Source: Sandaracinaceae bacterium
GTDB taxonomy: Bacteria > Myxococcota_A > Polyangia > Polyangiales > Sandaracinaceae
Assembly (NCBI GenBank): GCA_044220955.1
Contig: JBGAQA010000009.1
Span: 39,578 to 83,907, forward strand
DNA length: 44,330 nt
Reading direction: 5' to 3'
The notes beneath the pieces are model-generated. The model saw nothing but the letters and a program-made list of their open reading frames with translations. It was not told where the DNA came from and ran no database searches. Both the position numbers and the translations under genes were made by a program. Below, piece by piece: positions 1 through 8,809 of the stretch (positions within the stretch are counted from its first letter, which is position 1; each line of letters begins with the position of its first letter).

Positions 1-72
1 GGCGGATTGACTTCGACGGGCGGGCCGACCCCGACCCCGACCCCGACCCCCACCCCGACGCCTGTCCGATGA
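1..72 (+). CDS. 3' end of upstream gene (probably T2SS pseudopilin GspI) with Pro-Thr tail
   Basis: Frame 1 reads GGLTSTGGPTPTPTPTPTPTPVR*; its TGA (70-72) overlaps the gspJ ATG (ATGA). Identity inferred only from position. Confidence 0.5.
   Translation, partial: GGLTSTGGPTPTPTPTPTPTPVR
25..60 (+). repeat. (CCGACC)n coding hexamer repeat, 6 units, encoding (PT)6
   Basis: CCGACC x4, then CCCACC and CCGACG, in frame with the upstream CDS. Confidence 0.85.
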
Positions 73-785
73 GCGCACGACGAAGAGCGACCCGAAGGCA
101 CCTCGCGGGCATGACGCTCGTCGAGGCGATGGTCTCCGTCGCCATCCTCGCCATCGTGAGCGTCACGGTGTTCGGCGGCTTCTCGCAGACGATGCGCAAC
201 AAAGCGCGCATCGAGGCGCAGGGCGACCGCGCCCACGTGATCCGCATGGCGATGGAGCGCATGTGTCGCGAGCTCCAGAGCGCCTTCGTGTCTCTCGACG
301 TGAACCTCAGCCCCACGCTCGCCTCGATGCACACGGTCTTCCACGGCCGGCACGCGGGACGCGGCAGCCGGCTCGACTTCACCTCGTTCTCCCACCGGCG
401 GCTCTACCGCGACGCGCACGAGTCCGATCAGAACGAGCTCGGCTACTTCCTCGCGGAACATCGTGACGAGGAGACGCGTCAGACCCACCGCGTCCTGGTG
501 CGTCGCGAGTCGCGCCGCATCGACGACGACCCCGAGGAGGGTGGTCAGCAGATGATCCTGGTCGACGAGGTCCGCGAGTTCGAGCTGATGTACTTCGACC
601 CGATCTCGCTCCAGTGGGTGGACGGCTGGGACACCGCCGGCACGGAGATGAACCGGCTGCCCGCGCAGGTTCGGATCCGCCTCGTGGTCCCCTCGCTGCT
701 CGATCACTCGCACGACGAGGTCTACGCGACGCGGGTGAACGTCCCCATCACCTACGCGCTCAATCACGCGCTCTACAACCCCTAG
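69..785 (+). CDS. gspJ: Type II secretion minor pseudopilin GspJ
   Basis: Basic leader then class III prepilin motif G|MTLVEAMVSVAILAIV (Glu at +5); C-terminal W..W...LP..VRIRL typical of GspJ; upstream of gspL/M/N. Confidence 0.85.
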   Translation: MSARRRATRRHLAGMTLVEAMVSVAILAIVSVTVFGGFSQTMRNKARIEAQGDRAHVIRMAMERMCRELQSAFVSLDVNLSPTLASMHTVFHGRHAGRGSRLDFTSFSHRRLYRDAHESDQNELGYFLAEHRDEETRQTHRVLVRRESRRIDDDPEEGGQQMILVDEVREFELMYFDPISLQWVDGWDTAGTEMNRLPAQVRIRLVVPSLLDHSHDEVYATRVNVPITYALNHALYNP

Positions 786-812
786 GGCCGGCTAGACAGG
801 CGAACGAACGAC

Positions 813-2495
813 ATGGCAACGCTCATCGGCATCGAGGTCGGCACCCGCATCGTGCGGGCCGCGCTCGTCCGCACGCAGCTCCGCGGGGCGCAGGTCGTGC
901 GCTACGTCGAGGTGTCGCTCGACGAGATGCGCCAGCTCGCAGAGGCGCCGCCGCCCGTCGTCCTGGCGCAGCCAGCGGTCGCGATCGCGGGCCTGCCGGA
1001 GGTGTCCGCGGCGCCGCCCGAGGCGCTCGCGCCGCCCGTCGTGCCCGACGCGGACACGCCGCTGCGCATGGCGATCGCCGAGGTGATGCGGCGCGCGGGC
1101 GTGTCGAGCGCGACGCAGATCGCCGACATGCCCGGCGAGGAGGTCTCGCTTCGCCGGCTCGAGCTGCCGCCCGCCGCGATGCGGAAGATCGACGAGCTCC
1201 TGCCGTTCGAGATGGAGTCGCTGATCCCGTTCGACTCGGCCGAGACGCTGCTCGACCACCAGCTCGCCGAGCCGCCCGACGCCACCAAGGTGCGCGTGGT
1301 GGTCTGCGCCGTGCCGCGCGGAAAGGTGCGCGAGCGTCTCGAGGTACTCGGGCGCGCCGGGCTCGATCCGGACGAGCTCGTGCCTGGTCCCGCCGCGCTC
1401 GGCGGCCTCTTGCCCTTCGTCCCGGCGCTCGCCGGGGACGGGGTGCAGGTGCTCGTGCACCTCGCGCGCACGCGGACCGACGTCGCGCTCGTCCGCAAGG
1501 GCCGGCTCGAGCTCGCGCGGACCATCACGGCGGGCGTCGACGACCTCCGCGAGGCGGGCTTCGGCGAGGCGCCCTACGGCTCCGGCGCCGAGCGGCTCTT
1601 CCGCGAGCTGCGGCAGACGCTCTCGACCCACCGCATGCAGGGGGGCGCCGACGTGGAGGCCGCGCGCGTGTCGGGCGACCTCGATGCCGGCGAGCCGCTC
1701 TTCGGCTGGCTCGGTCGCGCCCTCGATCGCACGCCGCTGCCGCTCGAGATGCCCCCGGCGCCCGAGCTCGACCCCGCAGCTCCGGCGGATCCCGCGCGCG
1801 CGCCCGCGTTCGCGCTCGCGCTCGGCCTCGTCGGACAGACGCTGCTCAAGGGCAAGCACCTCGACCTGCGCAAGGGCGACCTCGTCAAGCGCCGCTCGAT
1901 GGGCGCGTTCCGCGAGCTCGCCCCGATGCTCGGCGTGTGCGCTGCGTTCGTGGTCGTCGCGTACTTCTACTCCGTCTACGCGCACTGGTCCGTGCTGACG
2001 GCGCGTCGGGAGGTGCTCGAGTCGGAGCTCGCCGAGGTCACGGAGCAGCGCCTCGGCGAGGGGACGCGCGATCCGCTCCGCGCGCGCTCGCTCCTCGAGT
2101 CGGGCCGCCAGAGCCCCGATCCCCTGCCGGCGTTCGACGCGTTCGACGCGCTGCTCGCGCTCTCCGCGGCCGTGCCGGACGGCATCGACCACGATCTGCA
2201 GCGCCTCCAGATCGACCTCGGCGACGACCGAAGCGGCGGACACATCGAGCTACAGGCCACCGTGAGCTCCATCGAGGAGCGCGACCGCATCGCGGAGTCG
2301 CTCGGCGACGTGCCGTGCTTCCGCAACCTCGAGCTCGGGCCGATGACCACGGCGGGCGAGGGACGCCGGCAGTACCGGCTCGAGATGGACCTGCAGTGCC
2401 CCGGCGCCGCCGGCGCGAGCGAGAGCGGCAGCCGTGCCCACCGGCGCCGTACGGGCGGATCGAGCAGCAGCGCGACCAGCGGAGGGACGCACTGA
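813..2495 (+). CDS. gspL: Type II secretion protein GspL (PilM-like cytoplasmic domain, TM, PilN-like periplasmic domain)
   Basis: N-terminal IGIEVG; RRLELP...LPFEMESLIPF; HLDLRKG before a TM segment; stop overlaps the gspM start (TGATG). Confidence 0.8.
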   Translation: MATLIGIEVGTRIVRAALVRTQLRGAQVVRYVEVSLDEMRQLAEAPPPVVLAQPAVAIAGLPEVSAAPPEALAPPVVPDADTPLRMAIAEVMRRAGVSSATQIADMPGEEVSLRRLELPPAAMRKIDELLPFEMESLIPFDSAETLLDHQLAEPPDATKVRVVVCAVPRGKVRERLEVLGRAGLDPDELVPGPAALGGLLPFVPALAGDGVQVLVHLARTRTDVALVRKGRLELARTITAGVDDLREAGFGEAPYGSGAERLFRELRQTLSTHRMQGGADVEAARVSGDLDAGEPLFGWLGRALDRTPLPLEMPPAPELDPAAPADPARAPAFALALGLVGQTLLKGKHLDLRKGDLVKRRSMGAFRELAPMLGVCAAFVVVAYFYSVYAHWSVLTARREVLESELAEVTEQRLGEGTRDPLRARSLLESGRQSPDPLPAFDAFDALLALSAAVPDGIDHDLQRLQIDLGDDRSGGHIELQATVSSIEERDRIAESLGDVPCFRNLELGPMTTAGEGRRQYRLEMDLQCPGAAGASESGSRAHRRRTGGSSSSATSGGTH

Positions 2496-3112
2496 TGCGC
2501 GAGCGCCTCGAACAGCTCTGGGCCGGTTTCAACGAGCGCGAGAAGCGCCTCGTCGGCGCGCTCGGCATCGTCGCCGCGCTCCTCGTCGTGCTCATGCCCG
2601 TGTACATGCTCTCGAGCGCGATCGGTGCGCTCGAGGAGGACAACGAGGCCATCGAGGCGGTGCTGCGCGACATCGGCCGGGCCGGTCCGCAGCTCGCGCT
2701 CCGCGAGGCCGAGGCTGCGGCCGCCGAGGCCCGCTACGACGTGCGTGCACCTGCGCTCGGGTCGTACCTCGAGGCCGAGTGCAGCACGCACGGCGTCGCG
2801 ATCCAGTCGGTGACGAACCAGCCCGAGGTCCAGGAGGGCCGCTTCCGCCGCCGCCACGTTCGCGCGCAGCTTCCCGGCACGGGGCTGCGTGCCGCCATTC
2901 ACCTCCTCACCTCGATCGAGGGCGCCGCCTACCCCGTCGCGCTCGAGCGCGTCCACGTCGAGCACTTCAACGCGGGCGAGGACCGCTTCAACTTCGAGAT
3001 CGGTGTGATCACCTACGACCGCACGGCCGCCACCGGGGCTGCGAGCGGCGAAGACGCGGGCGTTCCGCGACCCCAGCCGAGCGGTCACGCCGGACCTCCC
3101 GCACCTCCCTGA
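2495..3112 (+). CDS. gspM: Type II secretion protein GspM
   Basis: Real start is the ATG at 2495 inside track ORF 614..3112; W..FNEREKRLV followed by one TM and a small periplasmic domain, typical of GspM. Confidence 0.8.
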   Translation: MRERLEQLWAGFNEREKRLVGALGIVAALLVVLMPVYMLSSAIGALEEDNEAIEAVLRDIGRAGPQLALREAEAAAAEARYDVRAPALGSYLEAECSTHGVAIQSVTNQPEVQEGRFRRRHVRAQLPGTGLRAAIHLLTSIEGAAYPVALERVHVEHFNAGEDRFNFEIGVITYDRTAATGAASGEDAGVPRPQPSGHAGPPAPP

Positions 3113-3119
3113 GTCGACC

Positions 3120-4139
3120 ATGGCCTCCGAATCACGCTTCGCGATCCCCGAGCGCGCGCGGACCTTGCTCCGGCGCTTCCTCGTGTTCCCGCTCTACTTC
3201 GTCTGCTGTCTCTTCTCGTCGGCGTACGAGACCTTCCCCTACGATCGCGTGCGCGACTTCGCGATCCACCAGATCGAGCGCGCGGTGCCGGGAGCCGAGG
3301 TGGACATCGTGAGCCTCGAGCCCGCCTGGATCAGCGGCGTCGAGGCCACGGGCGTCCGCCTCCGGCTCCCGCAGGAGGCCGGCGAGGAGCGGCGCGCCGA
3401 GGTCACCATTCCTCGCGTGTACGCGCGTGCCGGCATCATGGCGTACCTCTTCGGGACGACGGACGTGACGTTCGAGGTCGAGACCGACGGAGGCGGCACG
3501 ATCCAGGGCGAGGTGACGGACTCGTCGACGGGCTCGGGCGACGAGCTGCACGAGCGCACTCACGTCGTCGCGCACATCGAGAACGTGGATCTTCGCCGCG
3601 TCGGGCTGATCCGCCACTACCTCGGCATCCCCGTCGAAGGCATGGTGAGCGGCGACGTCGACGTGACGCTCGCCGACGAGCTCGACGAGACGAGCGGCAC
3701 GATCACGATCACGATCGCCGGCGTCGCGATCGGCGACGGCCACGCCGAGCTCATGCTGATCCCGGGAAGCGCGCACGGTCTCGCGATCGAGCGCATCGCG
3801 GCCGGTGACCTCAACCTCAACGTCGAGGTCGCGCACGGCGTCGGAAGGATCCAGCAGCTGGTCTCGGACGGCGAGGACGCGCAGCTGCTGGGACAGGGTA
3901 CGGTCCGTCTCCTGAGGCCGTTCCGGCAGTCCGCGCTCGACGTGCTCCTGCGCATCAACGTCGCGCAGGCCTACCGCGAGCGCAGCGACCGGATGCGCAC
4001 GATCTTCAACTTCATCGGGCTCGCGCCCGAGGCGCGCGCGTACACCGCGCCGGACGGGGCGTTCCAGCTCCGCCTCTCCGGCGCCATCGGGGGCCGCGTG
4101 ATGGCGCTGCCCGCCGGCACCGCGACCCTCGACCACTGA
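3120..4139 (+). CDS. gspN: Type II secretion protein GspN
   Basis: N-terminal TM followed by TFPYD, beta-rich body, last gene after gspM. Confidence 0.75.
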   Translation: MASESRFAIPERARTLLRRFLVFPLYFVCCLFSSAYETFPYDRVRDFAIHQIERAVPGAEVDIVSLEPAWISGVEATGVRLRLPQEAGEERRAEVTIPRVYARAGIMAYLFGTTDVTFEVETDGGGTIQGEVTDSSTGSGDELHERTHVVAHIENVDLRRVGLIRHYLGIPVEGMVSGDVDVTLADELDETSGTITITIAGVAIGDGHAELMLIPGSAHGLAIERIAAGDLNLNVEVAHGVGRIQQLVSDGEDAQLLGQGTVRLLRPFRQSALDVLLRINVAQAYRERSDRMRTIFNFIGLAPEARAYTAPDGAFQLRLSGAIGGRVMALPAGTATLDH

Positions 4140-4146
4140 CTTTGCG

Positions 4147-4419
4147 GGGGCCCTGAGCGGGCCCCTCGCCGCACCGGCGGAGCCGGATGCGTCTCACCCC
4201 TCGCTCCGACTCGTCGCTTCGCTCCTCGCGAGGCACACCGCTCGTCGCGCGCGGCCGCCCGATCGTGCCCGCGGCCGTCGTCGATTAGGGGCGCTGGGCG
4301 CGCCCCTCGCCGCACCGGCGGAGCCGGATGCGTCTCACCCCCACTCCGCTCGCTACGCTCGCGAGGCACACCGCTCGTCGCGCGCGGCCGCCGGATTGTG
4401 CCCGAGGCCGTCGTCGATT
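4147..4419. repeat. Two tandem copies (4147-4286, 4288-4419) of a structured REP-like intergenic element
   Basis: Identical 40-nt block (4161-4200 = 4302-4341), identical 35-nt block (4225-4259 = 4358-4392), shared GGCCGTCGTCGATT end, several internal hairpins. Confidence 0.9.
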
Positions 4420-4551
4420 CTTGGGACAACAGCCTGTTCCGGGCGGGAATGCTCGCCCGCCCCGCGCCGGAGCGAACCGGCACCGGGCGACGCCCGCCGT
4501 GACCGAACAATTGCTTGCGCCAACAACCTTGTCGACGCAATCATCTCGAGC

Positions 4552-5286
4552 ATGCGCGCTGCTCTCCCCCTCTCCGCCCGCGTCGTCGCCCAGGCCTCCG
4601 TCGTCCGCACGTTGGTCGCGATGATCCAGGAGCCGAGCGCCGACAAGGTGCTCGCGCTCGAGTCGCACCTCACCCGCCTCGCGTCCGACGCCGACGTCGA
4701 GAAGTACCTCGCCGCGATGCGCTCGTGCCCCGCGACCGCGAAGATGCTCGAGGAGCGCTGGCTGCCTCCGGCGTACTCGCTCGACGACCTCGAGCGCTTC
4801 GGCCCCGGTACGCTCGGCCACGCGTACCGGCAACACATGGTCGAGAACGATCTCCGCCCCGACTTCTTCGAGACCATCGCGCCCGACGACGACTTCGCCT
4901 ACGCGCGGCTTCGCATGTACCAGACGCACGACGTCTGGCACGCCGTGACCGGCTACCCGACGACGACGCTCGGCGAGATCGCCATCGTCGGCTTCTACCT
5001 CGGTCACTTCGAGCGCCACATGGGTGACCGCGCAGGATCGGCGGCGGCGTTCGCAGCGATCCTCGCCGGTACGACCGTCCTGCACGCTGCGCTCTTCCGG
5101 CAGGACCGCATCACGCACTTCTTCCGCGCGCTCGTCGAGGGCTGGAGTCGCGGACAGCTCGCGGACTCGTTCTTCGCCGTCCGCTGGGAAGAGCAGTGGG
5201 ACCGCCCGCTCGCCGACGTCCGCCGGGCGCTCTCGGTCGGGCCCTCGCGCTACTCACGCCCCGAGCCCGCGTCGCTCGCGGCGTGA
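4552..5286 (+). CDS. Coq4-family (COQ4-like) metalloprotein
   Basis: HDVWH-x11-E (HDxxH-x11-E) Coq4 motif, plus GTLGHAY. ATG 4552 is preferred because the track start at 4396 lies in the repeat. Confidence 0.8.
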   Translation: MRAALPLSARVVAQASVVRTLVAMIQEPSADKVLALESHLTRLASDADVEKYLAAMRSCPATAKMLEERWLPPAYSLDDLERFGPGTLGHAYRQHMVENDLRPDFFETIAPDDDFAYARLRMYQTHDVWHAVTGYPTTTLGEIAIVGFYLGHFERHMGDRAGSAAAFAAILAGTTVLHAALFRQDRITHFFRALVEGWSRGQLADSFFAVRWEEQWDRPLADVRRALSVGPSRYSRPEPASLAA

Positions 5287-5320
5287 CGGATCGCCGATCG
5301 ACCGCGCCCGATGGCTCCGC

Positions 5321-5860
5321 TCAGAGCAGAGCGATCGAGGCGAGGTCGTCGAGCGTCGCGAGGCCGATCCCGGTGCCGAGGCCCACGATCCCGAGCGATC
5401 CCGCCGCGACCAGACCGCCGACTCCGAGTTCGATCGTCCCACCTGCCAGGGCGCCCACGCCGATGGCCAGACCGATCAGCACACCGACGAGCGTCCCGAG
5501 GACGACGCCGACGCCGAGCTCGCGCAACGTCTGGCGCGACTCGTAGCGTCCCACGAGGCGCGCGCCGTCCCCGATCTCGAGCGCGATCGGGACGCGCACC
5601 GGAGGGTGGTTCTGGAACGAGAGCGCGAGCTCGAGTGCCTCGCGAGGAAGCGTCAGGGTGCAGGGGGCGAGGCCGAGCGCCGTCCAGCCTCCCTCGCCGT
5701 CGGCGCGAGAGAGGACCACGCCGGGCATGTTCGCGTCGAAGTCGACCTGGACGTCGGAACGGACCGCATAGGCCTCGGGGACGTCCTGAGCGCGTGCGGC
5801 GCTCGTCCAGGTGCACAGGGCGAGGAGCGTCAGACCGACCCAGCCCCGAGCGACCCTCAC
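5321..5860 (-). CDS. Hypothetical exported protein with C-terminal Gly-rich hydrophobic hairpin
   Basis: GTG start overlaps the upstream stop (GTGA, 5857-5860); signal peptide ending ARA|QD; two Gly-rich hydrophobic segments. It is the C-terminal 179 aa of track ORF 5321..8020. Confidence 0.7.
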   Translation of the reverse strand: MRVARGWVGLTLLALCTWTSAARAQDVPEAYAVRSDVQVDFDANMPGVVLSRADGEGGWTALGLAPCTLTLPREALELALSFQNHPPVRVPIALEIGDGARLVGRYESRQTLRELGVGVVLGTLVGVLIGLAIGVGALAGGTIELGVGGLVAAGSLGIVGLGTGIGLATLDDLASIALL

Positions 5861-7443
5861 GTCCCCGTGCGCGCGGCTACGCCGAGCCACTCGAAGAACA
5901 CGGCGAGCTGCGAGCGCTGCTCGGGTGGCATGTACTCGAAGTTTCGCCCGCGATCGATGATCTCCCAGAAGTCCTTCGTCGTGACCTTCTCGAGCGACTC
6001 GCGGATCTGCGAGAGGCGGGGCAGCGGCTCGGCGCGCATGTCGTCGGCGATCCGTCGCGCCTTCGGCTCCTCGCCGCGCGCGAGGTAGTAGGCGGCGAGC
6101 TTCACCTGAGCCTTGCGCACGCCGAGCAGCGCGGACTCCTGTTGCTGCGTCCGAAGCGGCCGGTCCAGGTCGAGGAACTGGGCCAGCATCGCCTCCTCTT
6201 CGTCGCTCTTGTGCTCGTGCGCCTGCTGGCAGATCGAGGAGATGTCCCACGCGACGGTCTCGGTCACGAACACGAGCTTCATGTCGAAGCTGACGTGGCC
6301 GTAGTAGCTCATGTGCTTGACACCCTCGAGCGCCGCCTTGCTGTTGCCGTCGGTCAGCAGCGCCTCGACGAGCAAGCGGTACTGGTTCATCACGTTGTAC
6401 GCGGTGCGCACGTCCTTGGCGTTGAGCGTGGCCCGCAGGTAGCTGTTCATGAAGCGGTAGACGAGCTGCATCAGCTCGTCGTCCCGGCGCTTGCTCGCGG
6501 CCTGCCCGATGTAGCGCGTGTTGATCGCGACGAGGTAGTTGATGTCGCGCATCCCGCCGAGCGCCTCGTTGTAGATCCCGAGGTACTGGCGCATCACCTT
6601 CCACTCGACCCAGGTGCGGCGGGTCTGCAGGTCGAGCACCGACTCGGGGTCCATGGCGACGAAGTCGGGGTTCTGCTTGAGCGCTGCCCCGATGTCGAAC
6701 CAGGCGCTCGACGCGTCCTTCTTCAGGTCGAGGTAGGCGACGCAGAAGTCCTTCAGCGCATCGACGGCGCCGGAGGCGATGATCTTGTCCTTGCCGGAGA
6801 TCGAGTTCGACGTGATGTCCGTGAGCTCCTCCATCGCGGTCAGCGTGGTGGCCTGGGCGTCGCTCACGTCCTCGGCGGCGGAGAGCTTCGAGCCCGCGCG
6901 CGCGGTGTTCACGGCGTTCTTGCGGATGCGCGTGATGATGTTCTGCGGCGCGAGGAACCAGAACACGTACCCGAAGTAGGGCGCCATCAGCACCAGTCCG
7001 ATCGTCGTCGCGATGAGGATGCCGACGATGGCCGCGCGCGGGATGAACATCGTCTGCAGCGCGAAGCTGATCCACATGCCTGACACGCAGACGACGAGAT
7101 AGAAGCCGAACACGAGCGTGTTCACCCGATCGCGGAGGAACATCCCCGCGACGCCGGTGTACCGGTCGGCCGAGAGCTGGACGATGATGGAGACGACCGT
7201 GATCACGATGCCGAAGACGGCCGCGATCATCGCCGCGAGCTGCGGCAGCGCGTTGCCGATGGCGGCGGGGTCGAAGTCGAGGAAGCGCGCGACGGCGTTG
7301 GGATCGTTGCCCACCGGGGGGCCGCCCGTGACCATCGAGTCGAGCGTGTAGAGACCCACGAAGGCCGCGAGCGCGATCCCGCTCAGCACGACGATCGGTG
7401 TGAGCCAGCTGGGGCCGGCCTGGGTGCGGCGTGCTTCGCTCAT
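5857..7443 (-). CDS. DUF2254-family membrane protein
   Basis: About four N-terminal TM helices with IIVQLSADRYT...FLRD; long helical soluble C-terminal domain; start MSEARR at 7443. Confidence 0.7.
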   Translation of the reverse strand: MSEARRTQAGPSWLTPIVVLSGIALAAFVGLYTLDSMVTGGPPVGNDPNAVARFLDFDPAAIGNALPQLAAMIAAVFGIVITVVSIIVQLSADRYTGVAGMFLRDRVNTLVFGFYLVVCVSGMWISFALQTMFIPRAAIVGILIATTIGLVLMAPYFGYVFWFLAPQNIITRIRKNAVNTARAGSKLSAAEDVSDAQATTLTAMEELTDITSNSISGKDKIIASGAVDALKDFCVAYLDLKKDASSAWFDIGAALKQNPDFVAMDPESVLDLQTRRTWVEWKVMRQYLGIYNEALGGMRDINYLVAINTRYIGQAASKRRDDELMQLVYRFMNSYLRATLNAKDVRTAYNVMNQYRLLVEALLTDGNSKAALEGVKHMSYYGHVSFDMKLVFVTETVAWDISSICQQAHEHKSDEEEAMLAQFLDLDRPLRTQQQESALLGVRKAQVKLAAYYLARGEEPKARRIADDMRAEPLPRLSQIRESLEKVTTKDFWEIIDRGRNFEYMPPEQRSQLAVFFEWLGVAARTGT

Positions 7444-7504
7444 CTCGGGGCGAGACCATAACACGCGGCTTGCAGACGCCGCCCCGCGGCTCGAAGATCC
7501 GTCC

Positions 7505-8311
7505 GTGGTGCTGGCGTTCGACAAGCTCGAGGGGCTCGGTAACGACTTCGTGGTGGTCGACGCGCGCGAGGTGCCCGCACTCGATCCCGCGCTCGCGCGC
7601 GCCCTCTGCGATCGGCACCGCGGCATCGGCGCAGACGGCGTGCTCGCCGTGGACACCCTCGCGTGCGCGATGCGTGTGATCAACGCCGACGGATCGCGAC
7701 CGGAGATGTGCGGGAACGGGATCCGCTGCGTGATGCTCTGGCTCGCTCGCCGCGGGATCGTCGCCGTCGGGGACACCATCGAGATCGCCACCGACGCGGG
7801 GCCGCACGCATGCACCCTGCTCGCCTCGGACGACCGCGACGCCAGCGTGCGCGTCGCGATGCGACCCTATGCGCTCGGGGACGCGACGGAGCTCGTCGTC
7901 GACGTGGATGCGGGGCACCACATCCGCGGCACCGCCGTGTCGATGGGCAACCCTCACCTCGTGGTGTTCGACGCCGCGCTGCAGCGTGCGCCCGAGGTCG
8001 CGGCCGAGCTCGAGCGGCACGCGCTCTTCCCCGATCGCGTCAACGTCGGGCTCGCGGAGCAGACCGGGCCGAGCGACCTCACGCTGCGCGTGTTCGAGCG
8101 CGGGGTCGGTTACACGGAGGCGTGCGGTACGGGGGCCTGCGCGGCGGCTGCGGCCGCGGTCGAGACGGGTCGCATGCCGCGCGGGGTGCCGATCGCGGTA
8201 CGCCTTCCCGGCGGCTCGCTCGAGGTCGTCGTCGGGGAGCGCGGCGCGCCGGTGCTGATGACGGGCCCAGCTCGCTACGTGTTCACCGGCTCGGCGGCCG
8301 GGTTCCGTTGA
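7505..8311 (+). CDS. dapF: Diaminopimelate epimerase
   Basis: KLEGLGNDF, RHRGIGADG, EMCGNG, SMGNPH, ERGVG.TEACGTGA (both catalytic Cys). Start GTG 7505 or 7508. Confidence 0.95.
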   Translation: MVLAFDKLEGLGNDFVVVDAREVPALDPALARALCDRHRGIGADGVLAVDTLACAMRVINADGSRPEMCGNGIRCVMLWLARRGIVAVGDTIEIATDAGPHACTLLASDDRDASVRVAMRPYALGDATELVVDVDAGHHIRGTAVSMGNPHLVVFDAALQRAPEVAAELERHALFPDRVNVGLAEQTGPSDLTLRVFERGVGYTEACGTGACAAAAAAVETGRMPRGVPIAVRLPGGSLEVVVGERGAPVLMTGPARYVFTGSAAGFR

Positions 8312-8783
8312 AGAGCTGCACGCTCGTGCACGTCTGCGTGTAGATCGGGCAGGTCGAGTCGCGGTTCGTCACGTACGTGTACGTGATGGTGCCGTTCGCC
8401 AGCGCGTCGCCCACGAGATCCACCGACGCGTGCGCATCGAGGCTGAGCGTGCAGCTCGTGCCGGCGGGGGTCGTCTGGTTCGTGCCGTGGATCACGACGT
8501 CGATGTGCGAGCCACTGACGTTCCCCACCAGCACGTGCGAGCCGAACAGGACGTCGAACACGGCCGCCGCCGTTCCGCCGACCACGGCGGTCACCGAGGT
8601 GCCGGTCTGCGAGATCGTGAGCGGTACGCCGGTCGTGGTCACGCCGTCCCAGTTCTGGAACATGCAGCCGTTGGCGTCGTTGGCGAGGCTGACCGTGTAC
8701 GTGCCCGCGACGTTGGCAGGCGAGGTCGAGCACCCCGCGATCGAGACGAAGACGACGCCGAGAACCATTCGTGCGAGCGACAT
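8283..8783 (-). CDS. Thr-rich small lipoprotein, hypothetical
   Basis: Signal with lipobox IAG|C; beta-strand-rich body with 4 further Cys; 3' end overlaps dapF by 29 nt. Confidence 0.7.
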   Translation of the reverse strand: MSLARMVLGVVFVSIAGCSTSPANVAGTYTVSLANDANGCMFQNWDGVTTTGVPLTISQTGTSVTAVVGGTAAAVFDVLFGSHVLVGNVSGSHIDVVIHGTNQTTPAGTSCTLSLDAHASVDLVGDALANGTITYTYVTNRDSTCPIYTQTCTSVQLFNGTRPPSR

Positions 8784-8809
8784 GCGTGCGACGGTAGCAT
8801 GCTGTCGCG

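Noticed and set aside
614..2494. 832-aa ORF as a long GspM fusion
   Set aside because: The N-terminal part is Arg/Gly-rich off-frame shadow of gspJ/gspL; the real gene starts at the TGATG overlap at 2495.
4147..4419. CRISPR array
   Set aside because: Only two long units, the intervening segments are homologous rather than unique spacers, and no cas genes are present.
8283..8311. 29-nt convergent overlap of dapF and the lipoprotein as antisense regulation
   Set aside because: Short 3' overlaps are common in compact GC-rich genomes; no further support.
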